A stretch of 57,411 nt of DNA from Candidatus Wildermuthbacteria bacterium RIFOXYD1_FULL_50_12. GTDB taxonomy: Bacteria > Patescibacteriota > Minisyncoccia > Minisyncoccales > UBA10102. The position numbers and the translations under genes were made by a program. Below are positions 50,742 through 57,411 of this stretch, one piece after another (position 1 is the first letter of the stretch; every line of letters begins with the position of its first letter). The notes beneath the pieces are model-generated. The model was not told the origin of the DNA. It did not search any database and saw only the letters and a program-made list of their open reading frames with translations. Location of the stretch: the NCBI GenBank assembly GCA_001825035.1, contig MHUO01000009.1, positions 20,754 to 78,164 of the forward strand, given 5' to 3'.

Positions 50742-51802
50742 CCTTAGCAGTTGCTCTTCTATCTATAGGCATTTTAATTATCCTGCACGAATTGGGGCAT
50801 TTTCTTGCTGCAAAGAAATTCGGTGTGAAAGTGGAAGAATTCGGCATTGGCTTGCCTCCGCGTCTTCTTGGGAAAAAATACGGGGAGACCCTTTACTCCG
50901 TAAATGCCCTCCCCATAGGAGGATTTGTGCGCATGGAAGGAGAAGAAAAGCGAAGCGATGCTCCCGGAAGCTTCAACAGAAAACCCTTATGGCAGAGATT
51001 TTCCATCGTGGCTGCCGGAGTGATTGTATTTTGGGTTATTTCCGTTGTGATTTTTGCTGTTCTAGGGGCGACGACGGGCATCCCGAGCGCTATAGGGGAC
51101 GATGAAGAAAACGTGGCAGGCTCGCACGTTCGCATTATTGGTATATCAAGCGACTCTCCTGCAGAAAAATCCGGCTTGCAATTCGGCGATACGATTTTGT
51201 CTATAGGGGGGCAGCCGATTTTAAAGATACGGGAGGTGCGTGAAGTTTCTAAGATCCATGCGGGGCAGGAAACGAGCATAGTAATCCAGCGGGGTTCAGA
51301 GCAGATCTCTTTATCGCTCGTTCCGCGGGAAAGCCATCCCAACGATGAATTGATCGGAGTTTCTTTGACGCGAGCGGGGAACGTGAAGTACGCGTGGTAT
51401 GAGTCGCCTTGGCAGGGATTGGTGCGCACCTGGCACGTTACTTCTTCTATTTTTGAAACGCTTGGGATGCTTGTCTCTCGGCTCGTGGGCGGAGAAGAGC
51501 TTCCTGCCGGAACTCAGATTGCAGGGCCGGTGGGAATCGTTGTCCTTCTTAAAGACATATTTGCGCTTGGGATGCCCTGGTTCCTCACCTTTGTCGCGAC
51601 CATATCCGTATACCTTGCCATCTTCAACACGCTTCCCATTCCTGCGCTGGACGGCGGGCGAATGTTTTTTATTCTTCTGGAAGGCGTTCGAAGAAAACCG
51701 CTGCCCGAGAAGCTTGAGCGACGGCTCATTCTCATATCCTTTCTTGCGCTTATTCCCTTCATCCTGTGGGTCACGGTAAACGATATTCTTCGCCTGTTGT
51801 AG
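50738..51802 (+). CDS. rseP: RIP metalloprotease RseP (M50 with PDZ domain)
   Basis: HELGHFLAAKKFGV, a PDZ segment (GLQFGDTILSIGG) and C-terminal NLLPIPALDGG-like FNTLPIPALDGG. Confidence 0.9.
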   Translation: MTLAVALLSIGILIILHELGHFLAAKKFGVKVEEFGIGLPPRLLGKKYGETLYSVNALPIGGFVRMEGEEKRSDAPGSFNRKPLWQRFSIVAAGVIVFWVISVVIFAVLGATTGIPSAIGDDEENVAGSHVRIIGISSDSPAEKSGLQFGDTILSIGGQPILKIREVREVSKIHAGQETSIVIQRGSEQISLSLVPRESHPNDELIGVSLTRAGNVKYAWYESPWQGLVRTWHVTSSIFETLGMLVSRLVGGEELPAGTQIAGPVGIVVLLKDIFALGMPWFLTFVATISVYLAIFNTLPIPALDGGRMFFILLEGVRRKPLPEKLERRLILISFLALIPFILWVTVNDILRLL

Positions 51803-51811
51803 ATTCTCCCT

Positions 51812-53053
51812 ATGCGCCAGTCCGCCTTATTTGCCAAGACGCAAAAACAACTTCCAAAGGACGAAACGAGCACAAACGCCCGGCTTCTTTTGCGGGCGGG
51901 TTTCGTGCACAAAGAAATGGCGGGCGTGTATTCCTTTTTGCCCTTGGGCCTCCGTGTGTTAAACAATATCGCAAACATAATTCGCGAGGAAATGTTTGCC
52001 ATAGGCGGACAGGAAGTTTTTCTCCCGTCGCTGAATCCCAAACAAAACTGGCAGCAAACCGGTAGGTGGGAGACGTTAGACGACTTATTTCGGTTTACGA
52101 GTTTATACACCAAAACCGATTACGCACTGGCAGGGACGCACGAAGAAATTATCGTACCTTTGGTGCAGCGCTTTGTATCTTCGTATAAAGAGCTTCCCGT
52201 GGCCATCTTCCAAATTCAGAATAAGTTCCGTGATGAGAAACGGGCAAAATCCGGGTTGCTGCGCGGGCGCGAATTTTTGATGAAGGATTTGTACTCTTTT
52301 CACGCCAATGAGCAGGATCTCGATCGCTATTATCAAGTCGTGAAGGAATCCTACGACCGGATTTTCAAGAAGGCGGGGGTGGAGGCGGTGTACACTTTTG
52401 CTTCGGGCGGAACGTTTTCAAAATATTCTCATGAGTTTCAGGTGCTCACACAAGCCGGAGAAGACACCGTGCACGTGTGCGGCGCGTGCGCGCTCGCGGT
52501 GAATGAAGAGATTCTGCGAGAACAGCCCGGGTGCCCGCAATGCGGTAACAAAAACTTGCGTCGAGAGAAAGCGATTGAAGTCGGAAATATCTTTAAGCTA
52601 AAGACAAAATATTCCAGCGCTTTTCAACTGACGTACAAGGACGAACGCGGGGAAAACAAAGAAGTTATTATGGGATGCTACGGAATCGGGTTAAACCGCT
52701 TGATGGGAACTATCGTAGAAACATCGCATGACAAGAGAGGCATTATTTGGCCCGAGTCCGTGGCGCCATTTTTGGTGCATCTTCTTCAGATATCGGACAG
52801 GCCCAAGGAAGCAGAGGCGGCATACGAGCAGTTGCAAAACGCCGGCATTGAGGTATTGTACGATGACAGGGAGGAAGTGCGTGCGGGCGAGAAGTTCGCC
52901 GAGGCAGATTTGCTGGGCATTCCCTGGCGCGTGGTGATAAGCGATAAGGCGCTTGCGCAAGAAAACGTAGAAGTAAAAGAGCGCAAAAGCGAGCGCGTAG
53001 AGCTCGTGAAATTGCAGAATATAACGGATTTCTTGCGCGCAACCAATTCTTGA
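51812..53053 (+). CDS. proS: proline--tRNA ligase lacking the INS editing domain
   Basis: AGFVHKEMAGVYSFLPLG, FRDEKRAKSGLLRGREFLMKDLYSF, GCYGIGLNR. CGAC-x14-CPQC sits where INS normally lies. Confidence 0.88.
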   Translation: MRQSALFAKTQKQLPKDETSTNARLLLRAGFVHKEMAGVYSFLPLGLRVLNNIANIIREEMFAIGGQEVFLPSLNPKQNWQQTGRWETLDDLFRFTSLYTKTDYALAGTHEEIIVPLVQRFVSSYKELPVAIFQIQNKFRDEKRAKSGLLRGREFLMKDLYSFHANEQDLDRYYQVVKESYDRIFKKAGVEAVYTFASGGTFSKYSHEFQVLTQAGEDTVHVCGACALAVNEEILREQPGCPQCGNKNLRREKAIEVGNIFKLKTKYSSAFQLTYKDERGENKEVIMGCYGIGLNRLMGTIVETSHDKRGIIWPESVAPFLVHLLQISDRPKEAEAAYEQLQNAGIEVLYDDREEVRAGEKFAEADLLGIPWRVVISDKALAQENVEVKERKSERVELVKLQNITDFLRATNS

Positions 53054-53060
53054 TTTTCGT

Positions 53061-54119
53061 ATGAAATTTTTCCAGAACATATTGTCCCGGCTGGGGCAGG
53101 ATATTGCCATCGACTTGGGCACAGCCAATTCCTTGGTATACGTAAAGGGAAAGGGGATTGTCATTCAGGAGCCCTCGGTTGTGGCAATCAATCAAAAAAC
53201 CGGCAAGGTGCTTGCCGTGGGCCATGAAGCAAAAAAAATGGTGGGGCGCACCCCGACTCACATTGTGGCAATGCGGCCCTTGGTGAAGGGCGTTGTTTCC
53301 GATTTTGAGGTTACCGAGCAGATGCTTAAGTATTTTATCACCAAGGCCTATCAGCGAAAGTTTATTCTCAGTCCGGGGCCGCGGGTTATTGTGGGAGCCC
53401 CCTTTGGCGTAACGGAAGTGGAGAAAAGGGCGGTCCGCGACGCCACCCTTTCTGCGGGGGCGCGAGAAGTGTTCCTTATTGAAGAACCCATGGCTGCCGC
53501 CATTGGAGCTCGGCTTGCGGTGCAAGAGCCGGGCGGAAATTTTATTGTGGACATTGGTGGGGGGACCACGGAGGTTGCCGTGCTGTCGCTCGGTGGCATT
53601 GTATACGCAAAATCGCTCCGCATTGCGGGCGATAAAATGACGGAAGACATCATTCATTTTGCGCAAGAGGAATACAAGATTTTCATCGGGGAGCGAACCG
53701 CAGAATCCATTAAGATTGCCATCGGGTCTGCCTATCCCCTCAAAGAACGGAAAGAGGTTCCGCTCCGCGGCAGAAATTTGATTACGGGTTTACCCGAAGA
53801 AATTCTCGTTTCAGACGAGGACGTCCGGCGCGCTATGGAACGCTCTGTGCGGCAAATCGTAAACGAAATCAAGGCAACGGTGGAAGAAACGCCTCCCGAG
53901 CTTTTGGCTGATATTATGCATCGAGGCATTTTTCTTGCGGGAGGCGGGGCGCTTTTGCGTGGTTTGGATACGCTTATTATGAAGGAAACAAAAATTCCCA
54001 CGCGCATCGTGGAGGATCCTTTAACGGCCGTGGTGCGGGGAGCGGGCTTAGTGCTGGAAAATCTGGACGAACTGAGAGACGTATTGACAGAGACGGAGAA
54101 TTTAGAGCCGCCGCACTAA
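53061..54119 (+). CDS. mreB: MreB paralog (copy 2)
   Basis: IAIDLGTANSLVYV...EPSVVAIN...VDIGGGTTEVAVLSLGGIV...LAGGGALLRG. Confidence 0.9.
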   Translation: MKFFQNILSRLGQDIAIDLGTANSLVYVKGKGIVIQEPSVVAINQKTGKVLAVGHEAKKMVGRTPTHIVAMRPLVKGVVSDFEVTEQMLKYFITKAYQRKFILSPGPRVIVGAPFGVTEVEKRAVRDATLSAGAREVFLIEEPMAAAIGARLAVQEPGGNFIVDIGGGTTEVAVLSLGGIVYAKSLRIAGDKMTEDIIHFAQEEYKIFIGERTAESIKIAIGSAYPLKERKEVPLRGRNLITGLPEEILVSDEDVRRAMERSVRQIVNEIKATVEETPPELLADIMHRGIFLAGGGALLRGLDTLIMKETKIPTRIVEDPLTAVVRGAGLVLENLDELRDVLTETENLEPPH

Positions 54120-54122
54120 TCT

Positions 54123-54410
54123 ATGCTTCAGGTTTCAGAAGTACAGCGCATTGTAAAACTCGCGCGCATTGATTTGTCGGATAACGAAATACTTAAGTTC
54201 CAAAAAGAGCTTGCTTCTGTTTTGGAGTATTTTGAAATTCTGCGGGAAGTTGACGTATCTGCAGTAGAACCCATGACTCATTCGGTGTCTTTGCAAAACG
54301 TGAGCCGCAAGGATGTCGTCAAAGGGCAAAAACCCGATATGGCAAAACTCCTTTTGGACATGGCTCCTGAAACGAAAGATGGATACGTGAAGGTAAAGTC
54401 AATTTTATGA
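54123..54410 (+). CDS. gatC: Asp/Glu-tRNA amidotransferase subunit C
   Basis: 95 aa. V..LA.LARI.L...E......L..IL.Y.E.L.EVD, directly upstream of gatA with an ATGA overlap. Confidence 0.88.
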   Translation: MLQVSEVQRIVKLARIDLSDNEILKFQKELASVLEYFEILREVDVSAVEPMTHSVSLQNVSRKDVVKGQKPDMAKLLLDMAPETKDGYVKVKSIL

Positions 54411-55840
54411 CTCCGCGAATTGAGAAAGAAAGCTTTACCATACGCCAACTTCATGAGAAGCTTGTAAAAAAAGAGGTCTCCGCGAAGGAAATCGCAGAGG
54501 AGTTTTTGGAGCGCATCAAAAGGGAAGAGGGAACGTTGAACGCGTTTATCACACAGACGCCCGAGCTTGCTCTTGCGCAGGCAAAAGAAGTAGATGAAAA
54601 AATTGCGAGCGGCAGAGAGATTCCTTTGCTCTCGGGGGTGCCCTGCGCCGTGAAGGACTCCATTTTGGTGGAAGGCGTTGCGTGCACGGCTGGCTCCAAG
54701 ATTCTGCAGGAATACATTGCTCCCTATGATGCGACCGTCACGAGGAAGCTTCGGGAGCAGGGCGCGCTTTTCGTCGGAAAAACAAATACCGACGAGTTCA
54801 ATATGGGGTCATCCACCGAAAACTCCGCTTTTGGGGTTACGAGAAATCCTCACGATCCAGAGCGGGTGGCGGGAGGAACCTCCGGGGGATCTGCCGCTGC
54901 GGTTGCTGCAGGGGAAGCGCTCGTGGCTTTAGGAGCGGATACCGGCGGCTCCATACGCTTACCTGCCGCATTTTGCGGTGTGGTGGGATTAAAACCTACC
55001 TACGGGGCAGTATCGCGCTCCGGGTTGATTGCCATGGCCTCCTCTCTTGATCAAATAGGATCTCTTGCTCAAAGAGCCCAAGATGCGGAGGATTTGTTCG
55101 CGGTTATTTGCGGAAAAGACGAGTTAGACGCAACTTCCCTTGAATATGAATACAAACCCTTGGAAAACTTTGCATTGAAAAATCTTCGCGTGGGCGTTGC
55201 CAAAGAATTTTTCGGGGAAGGATTGATGCCAGAAATCGCAGAGCGTATGAAAGCCGTGTTGCAGAAACTCGAAGACGCGGGAGCCACCGTGCAGGAAATA
55301 CGCCTTCCCCACGCAAAGTACGCGTTGGCCGCGTATTACATAATCAGCACTTCTGAAGTATCGGCGAATCTCGCGCGCTTTGACGGCATTAGGTACGGAA
55401 AACGCGCTGCAAAAATTCGCACATTGCTTGATGGGTATTTGCAGAGCAGGGGAGAATATCTGGGAGACGAAGTAAAGCGCCGAATTATGCTTGGCACCTA
55501 CGCGCTCTCTGCCGGATATTACGAGGCATATTACTTAAAAGCGCAGAAAGTCCGCACGCTTTTGCAAAAAGATTTTCAGGCGGCTTTTGCCAAAGTGGAT
55601 GTTATCATGGGACCGCCAAGCCCGTTCCTTCCTTTCAAAATCGGGGAGCGGAATGAAGATCCTCTCGCGATGTATCTTGTGGATCTGTACACCGTGCCGG
55701 TCAATCTCGTTGGGTTGCCCGCTTTGTCTCTCCCCGCGGGCTCCGTAGGCAATCTTCCGGTGGGCTTGCAAATTATCTCAAAGCCGCTTGAGGAAAATCT
55801 TCTGTTCGCGGTTGCCAAAGAGTTGGAAAATTTGGTATAG
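54407..55840 (+). CDS. gatA: Asp/Glu-tRNA amidotransferase subunit A
   Basis: Amidase signature GGTSGGSAAAVAAG...GADTGGSIRLPAAFCGVVGLKPTYG. Confidence 0.94.
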   Translation: MTPRIEKESFTIRQLHEKLVKKEVSAKEIAEEFLERIKREEGTLNAFITQTPELALAQAKEVDEKIASGREIPLLSGVPCAVKDSILVEGVACTAGSKILQEYIAPYDATVTRKLREQGALFVGKTNTDEFNMGSSTENSAFGVTRNPHDPERVAGGTSGGSAAAVAAGEALVALGADTGGSIRLPAAFCGVVGLKPTYGAVSRSGLIAMASSLDQIGSLAQRAQDAEDLFAVICGKDELDATSLEYEYKPLENFALKNLRVGVAKEFFGEGLMPEIAERMKAVLQKLEDAGATVQEIRLPHAKYALAAYYIISTSEVSANLARFDGIRYGKRAAKIRTLLDGYLQSRGEYLGDEVKRRIMLGTYALSAGYYEAYYLKAQKVRTLLQKDFQAAFAKVDVIMGPPSPFLPFKIGERNEDPLAMYLVDLYTVPVNLVGLPALSLPAGSVGNLPVGLQIISKPLEENLLFAVAKELENLV

Positions 55841-55856
55841 GTGGTAGAATAAAATA

Positions 55857-56381
55857 ATGCCGCCACAACTTTTGGAATTTCTTTCCAGGGTGAATTCACC
55901 CGAACTTCAAGCAAAGCTCCTTTGGATTAAGCTTCCATTTCTCGTTGTGGTCGCCTTTTTTATTGCTGTTATTCTTATCGCCCTTTTGCGGACTCCCTAT
56001 ATACGTTTGAGCATAGTTGGAGATGCGGTTGAAATAATTACCTTTCGACCTTTTGGAACGCCGCGAATTAAAAGACGGTGGCAAAAAATTATGCAACGCC
56101 TGGATTCGGGCAGCGAATCTGAATATAAGCTGGCGATTATGGAAGCCGATACCTTACTGGAAGAAGTGCTTCAAAAGATGCGTGTTTCGGGAAGCAATGT
56201 GGACGAACGCCTGCAAAAAGTCACTCAACTTATGGTCCCCAGCATAGAGGAGCTCCGTGCCGCCCATCAAGCGCGCAACAGCATTGTGTATGACGTGGAC
56301 TATCGCCTCGGGCTGCAAGAGGCAAGGCATATTTTGGAAACATATCAGAAGGCCTTCGAGGAACTTGATTTATTCCGTTAA
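55857..56381 (+). CDS. hypothetical membrane protein
   Basis: One TM (LPFLVVVAFFIAVILIALL) followed by a helical cytoplasmic domain. Confidence 0.65.
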   Translation: MPPQLLEFLSRVNSPELQAKLLWIKLPFLVVVAFFIAVILIALLRTPYIRLSIVGDAVEIITFRPFGTPRIKRRWQKIMQRLDSGSESEYKLAIMEADTLLEEVLQKMRVSGSNVDERLQKVTQLMVPSIEELRAAHQARNSIVYDVDYRLGLQEARHILETYQKAFEELDLFR

Positions 56382-56389
56382 AGAGGATA

Positions 56390-56398
56390 TGATATAAT
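56390..56398 (+). promoter_or_regulatory. extended -10 element (TGaTATAAT) upstream of the tRNA pair
   Basis: Perfect TATAAT preceded by TGa, about 100 nt upstream of tRNA-Met. No good -35. Confidence 0.45.
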
Positions 56399-56496
56399 GC
56401 GTGGGGAAGTGAATCGGTATCACGTGAGGCCCATAACCTCAAAATCCGGGCTCATCTCCCGGCCCCACAACACTTTGATTCGCTCCGTGTAAGTGG

Positions 56497-56570
56497 GCCA
56501 GGGTAGCTCAGTTGGTTAGAGCGAAGGACTCATAAGCCTTAGGTCGTGGGTTCGATTCCCACCCCTGGTA
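56497..56570 (+). tRNA. tRNA with CAT anticodon (Met, or Ile2 if lysidinylated)
   Basis: GCCAGGG TA GCTCAGTTGGTTAGAGC ... loop CTCATAA ... GTGGGTTCGATTCCCAC CCCTGGT A. No encoded CCA. Confidence 0.85.
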
Positions 56571-56594
56571 CAGGGTTATATCTTGTGAGCAGAA

Positions 56595-56669
56595 GCGGGC
56601 GTAGCTTAGCTGGTTCAAAGCGCCTCCCTGTCACGGAGGAGATCGCCGGTTCGAATCCGGTCGCCCGCG
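56595..56669 (+). tRNA. tRNA-Asp (anticodon GTC)
   Basis: GCGGGCG TA GCTTAGCTGGTTCAAAGC G CCTCC CTGTCAC GGAGG ... GCCGGTTCGAATCCGGT CGCCCGC G. Confidence 0.9.
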
Positions 56670-56686
56670 CAACGTAATAATTTTTT

Positions 56687-56717
56687 CCGTTGGTTTAACC
56701 GCCAGCGGATTTTGTTT
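56687..56717 (+). terminator. hairpin plus T-run after the tRNA pair
   Basis: CCGTTGG ... CCAGCGG (one G-U pair) followed by ATTTTGTTT. Confidence 0.4.
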
Positions 56718-56743
56718 GACAAAATGTGCATACTTGATAAAAA
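56716..56743 (+). promoter_or_regulatory. candidate promoter of the 56772 ORF
   Basis: TTGACA, 16-nt spacer ending in TGa, then TAAAAA. The SD GGGAGG lies 7 nt before the ATG. Confidence 0.45.
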
Positions 56744-56771
56744 CTAACAAGAGCCGGAAGGGAGGTTTCTC

Positions 56772-56963
56772 ATGGTTGATGTATGGATAATTACTCCCAA
56801 GGGGACCATCCTTATAGGCAAGGTTTCAAAGGAGACTCTCAACAAGATTGGAGATAACGCTTTGCCCGACGGAAGCGAAATCACACTTGTTGTAGACGAG
56901 CGGCATGGGATTTCCGAGGGAGCCGTTGTACCCGTGAAAGATCTTTGGGTGAAGATCGTGTGA
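56772..56963 (+). CDS. hypothetical small protein (63 aa)
   Basis: Good SD and promoter, but no recognisable motif. Confidence 0.55.
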   Translation: MVDVWIITPKGTILIGKVSKETLNKIGDNALPDGSEITLVVDERHGISEGAVVPVKDLWVKIV

Positions 56964-57101
56964 GTAGAATTACTATTCCATGTAATCTCCGCTGGCAGAA
57001 ATGTCAGCGGAGCTCATTTTTGTTGACGGGATACAGGAAAAGTGGTAGAAGCAAATCAGCACCCTCACAACTGTAGAGGGGCAAATTCTAGGAGGTAAAA
57101 T

Positions 57102-57411
57102 ATGCGTCGCGATCAGTGCGCCGATGCTCTCTTCCGAGCGGGGGCGGTGAAGTTTGGGGCGTTTCGCCTCACGTCTCACGAGACGACGAATCCCGACGCC
57201 CCCCTCTCGCCCATCTGCATAGATCTGAGGGTTGTGCGTTCTGATCCACTCGCACGGACCCTTGTGGTGGACGAGTACCAGCAGTTCGTCCGCCCCATAC
57301 CGTTTGATGTTCTTGCCGATGTGCCAACGGCGGCAACGCCGATTGTAGCGATCCTCGCGGATCGCTTGGGGGTCCCAATGATAACCCCCCGCGGTCTCGA
57401 GAAGACCCATG
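57102..57411 (+). CDS. 3'-truncated type I phosphoribosyltransferase, orotate PRTase-like
   Basis: Not in the ORF track because it runs off the window. TAGGAGGTAAAATATG. Peptide ...GAVKFGAFRLTSHE...SPICIDLRVV...DVPTAATPIVAILADRLGVPMITPRGLEKTH resembles the PyrE N-terminal half. GC-rich. Confidence 0.6.
   Translation, partial: MRRDQCADALFRAGAVKFGAFRLTSHETTNPDAPLSPICIDLRVVRSDPLARTLVVDEYQQFVRPIPFDVLADVPTAATPIVAILADRLGVPMITPRGLEKTH

Noticed and set aside
56973-57410. A 145-aa minus-strand ORF at the right edge.
   Set aside because: The plus strand carries an ORF with a perfect SD (TAGGAGGTAAAATATG) and PRTase-like sequence. The minus ORF is its GC-rich shadow.

Overview
This window looks like a chromosomal segment of a small-genome Candidate Phyla Radiation (Patescibacteria/Parcubacteria-like) bacterium using the standard code; TGA ends conserved genes. 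That assignment is an inference from gene content: there is no L30 gene, several ribosomal proteins are shortened, RpoA lacks an alpha-CTD, AlaRS is short and ProRS lacks the INS domain. The backbone is rpsL-rpsG-fusA-tuf-rpsJ...secY-adk-map (11.5-27.8 kb). Its usual continuation, infA-rpmJ-rpsM-rpsK-rpsD-rpoA-rplQ-rplM-rpsI (41.3-45.2 kb), is separated from it by about 13.5 kb. That insert holds a low-GC type II restriction-modification island, GT2, galT, tpiA, a GC-rich orphan receiver-domain gene, mnmA, alaS and an FtsA/PilM-like gene pair. The most interesting candidate is at the left end (1-5 kb). It is a cluster of exported proteins that share the signal-proximal motif SAFEA[HY]V[IV]NVTA[KQ]IE, encoded next to a dedicated SipW/Sec11-type signal peptidase. 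The cluster includes two Cys-rich paralogs plus a vWA-containing and a lamin-tail-domain member, and may be a TasA-like fibre or adhesin system. At 6.5-10.5 kb there is a low-GC module with an S8 protease and a neighbour sharing a C-terminal domain. The right side carries murA, two mreB paralogs, a holB-like gene, frr, rseP, proS, gatCA, tRNA-Met and tRNA-Asp, and a partial PRTase. Non-coding signals include three copies of an extended hairpin with a conserved 38-nt core and co-varying basal stems. There are two copies of an ~85-nt inverted-repeat element placed exactly on the start codons of rpsK and murA. Short GC-rich palindromes sit in frame in adk, galT and mnmA. There are also two 34-nt perfect palindromes, a 22-nt motif repeated in the ribosomal operon, and several TTGACA/TGn-10 promoters, some apparently leaderless. 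No CRISPR array, rRNA or recognisable transposase gene was seen.
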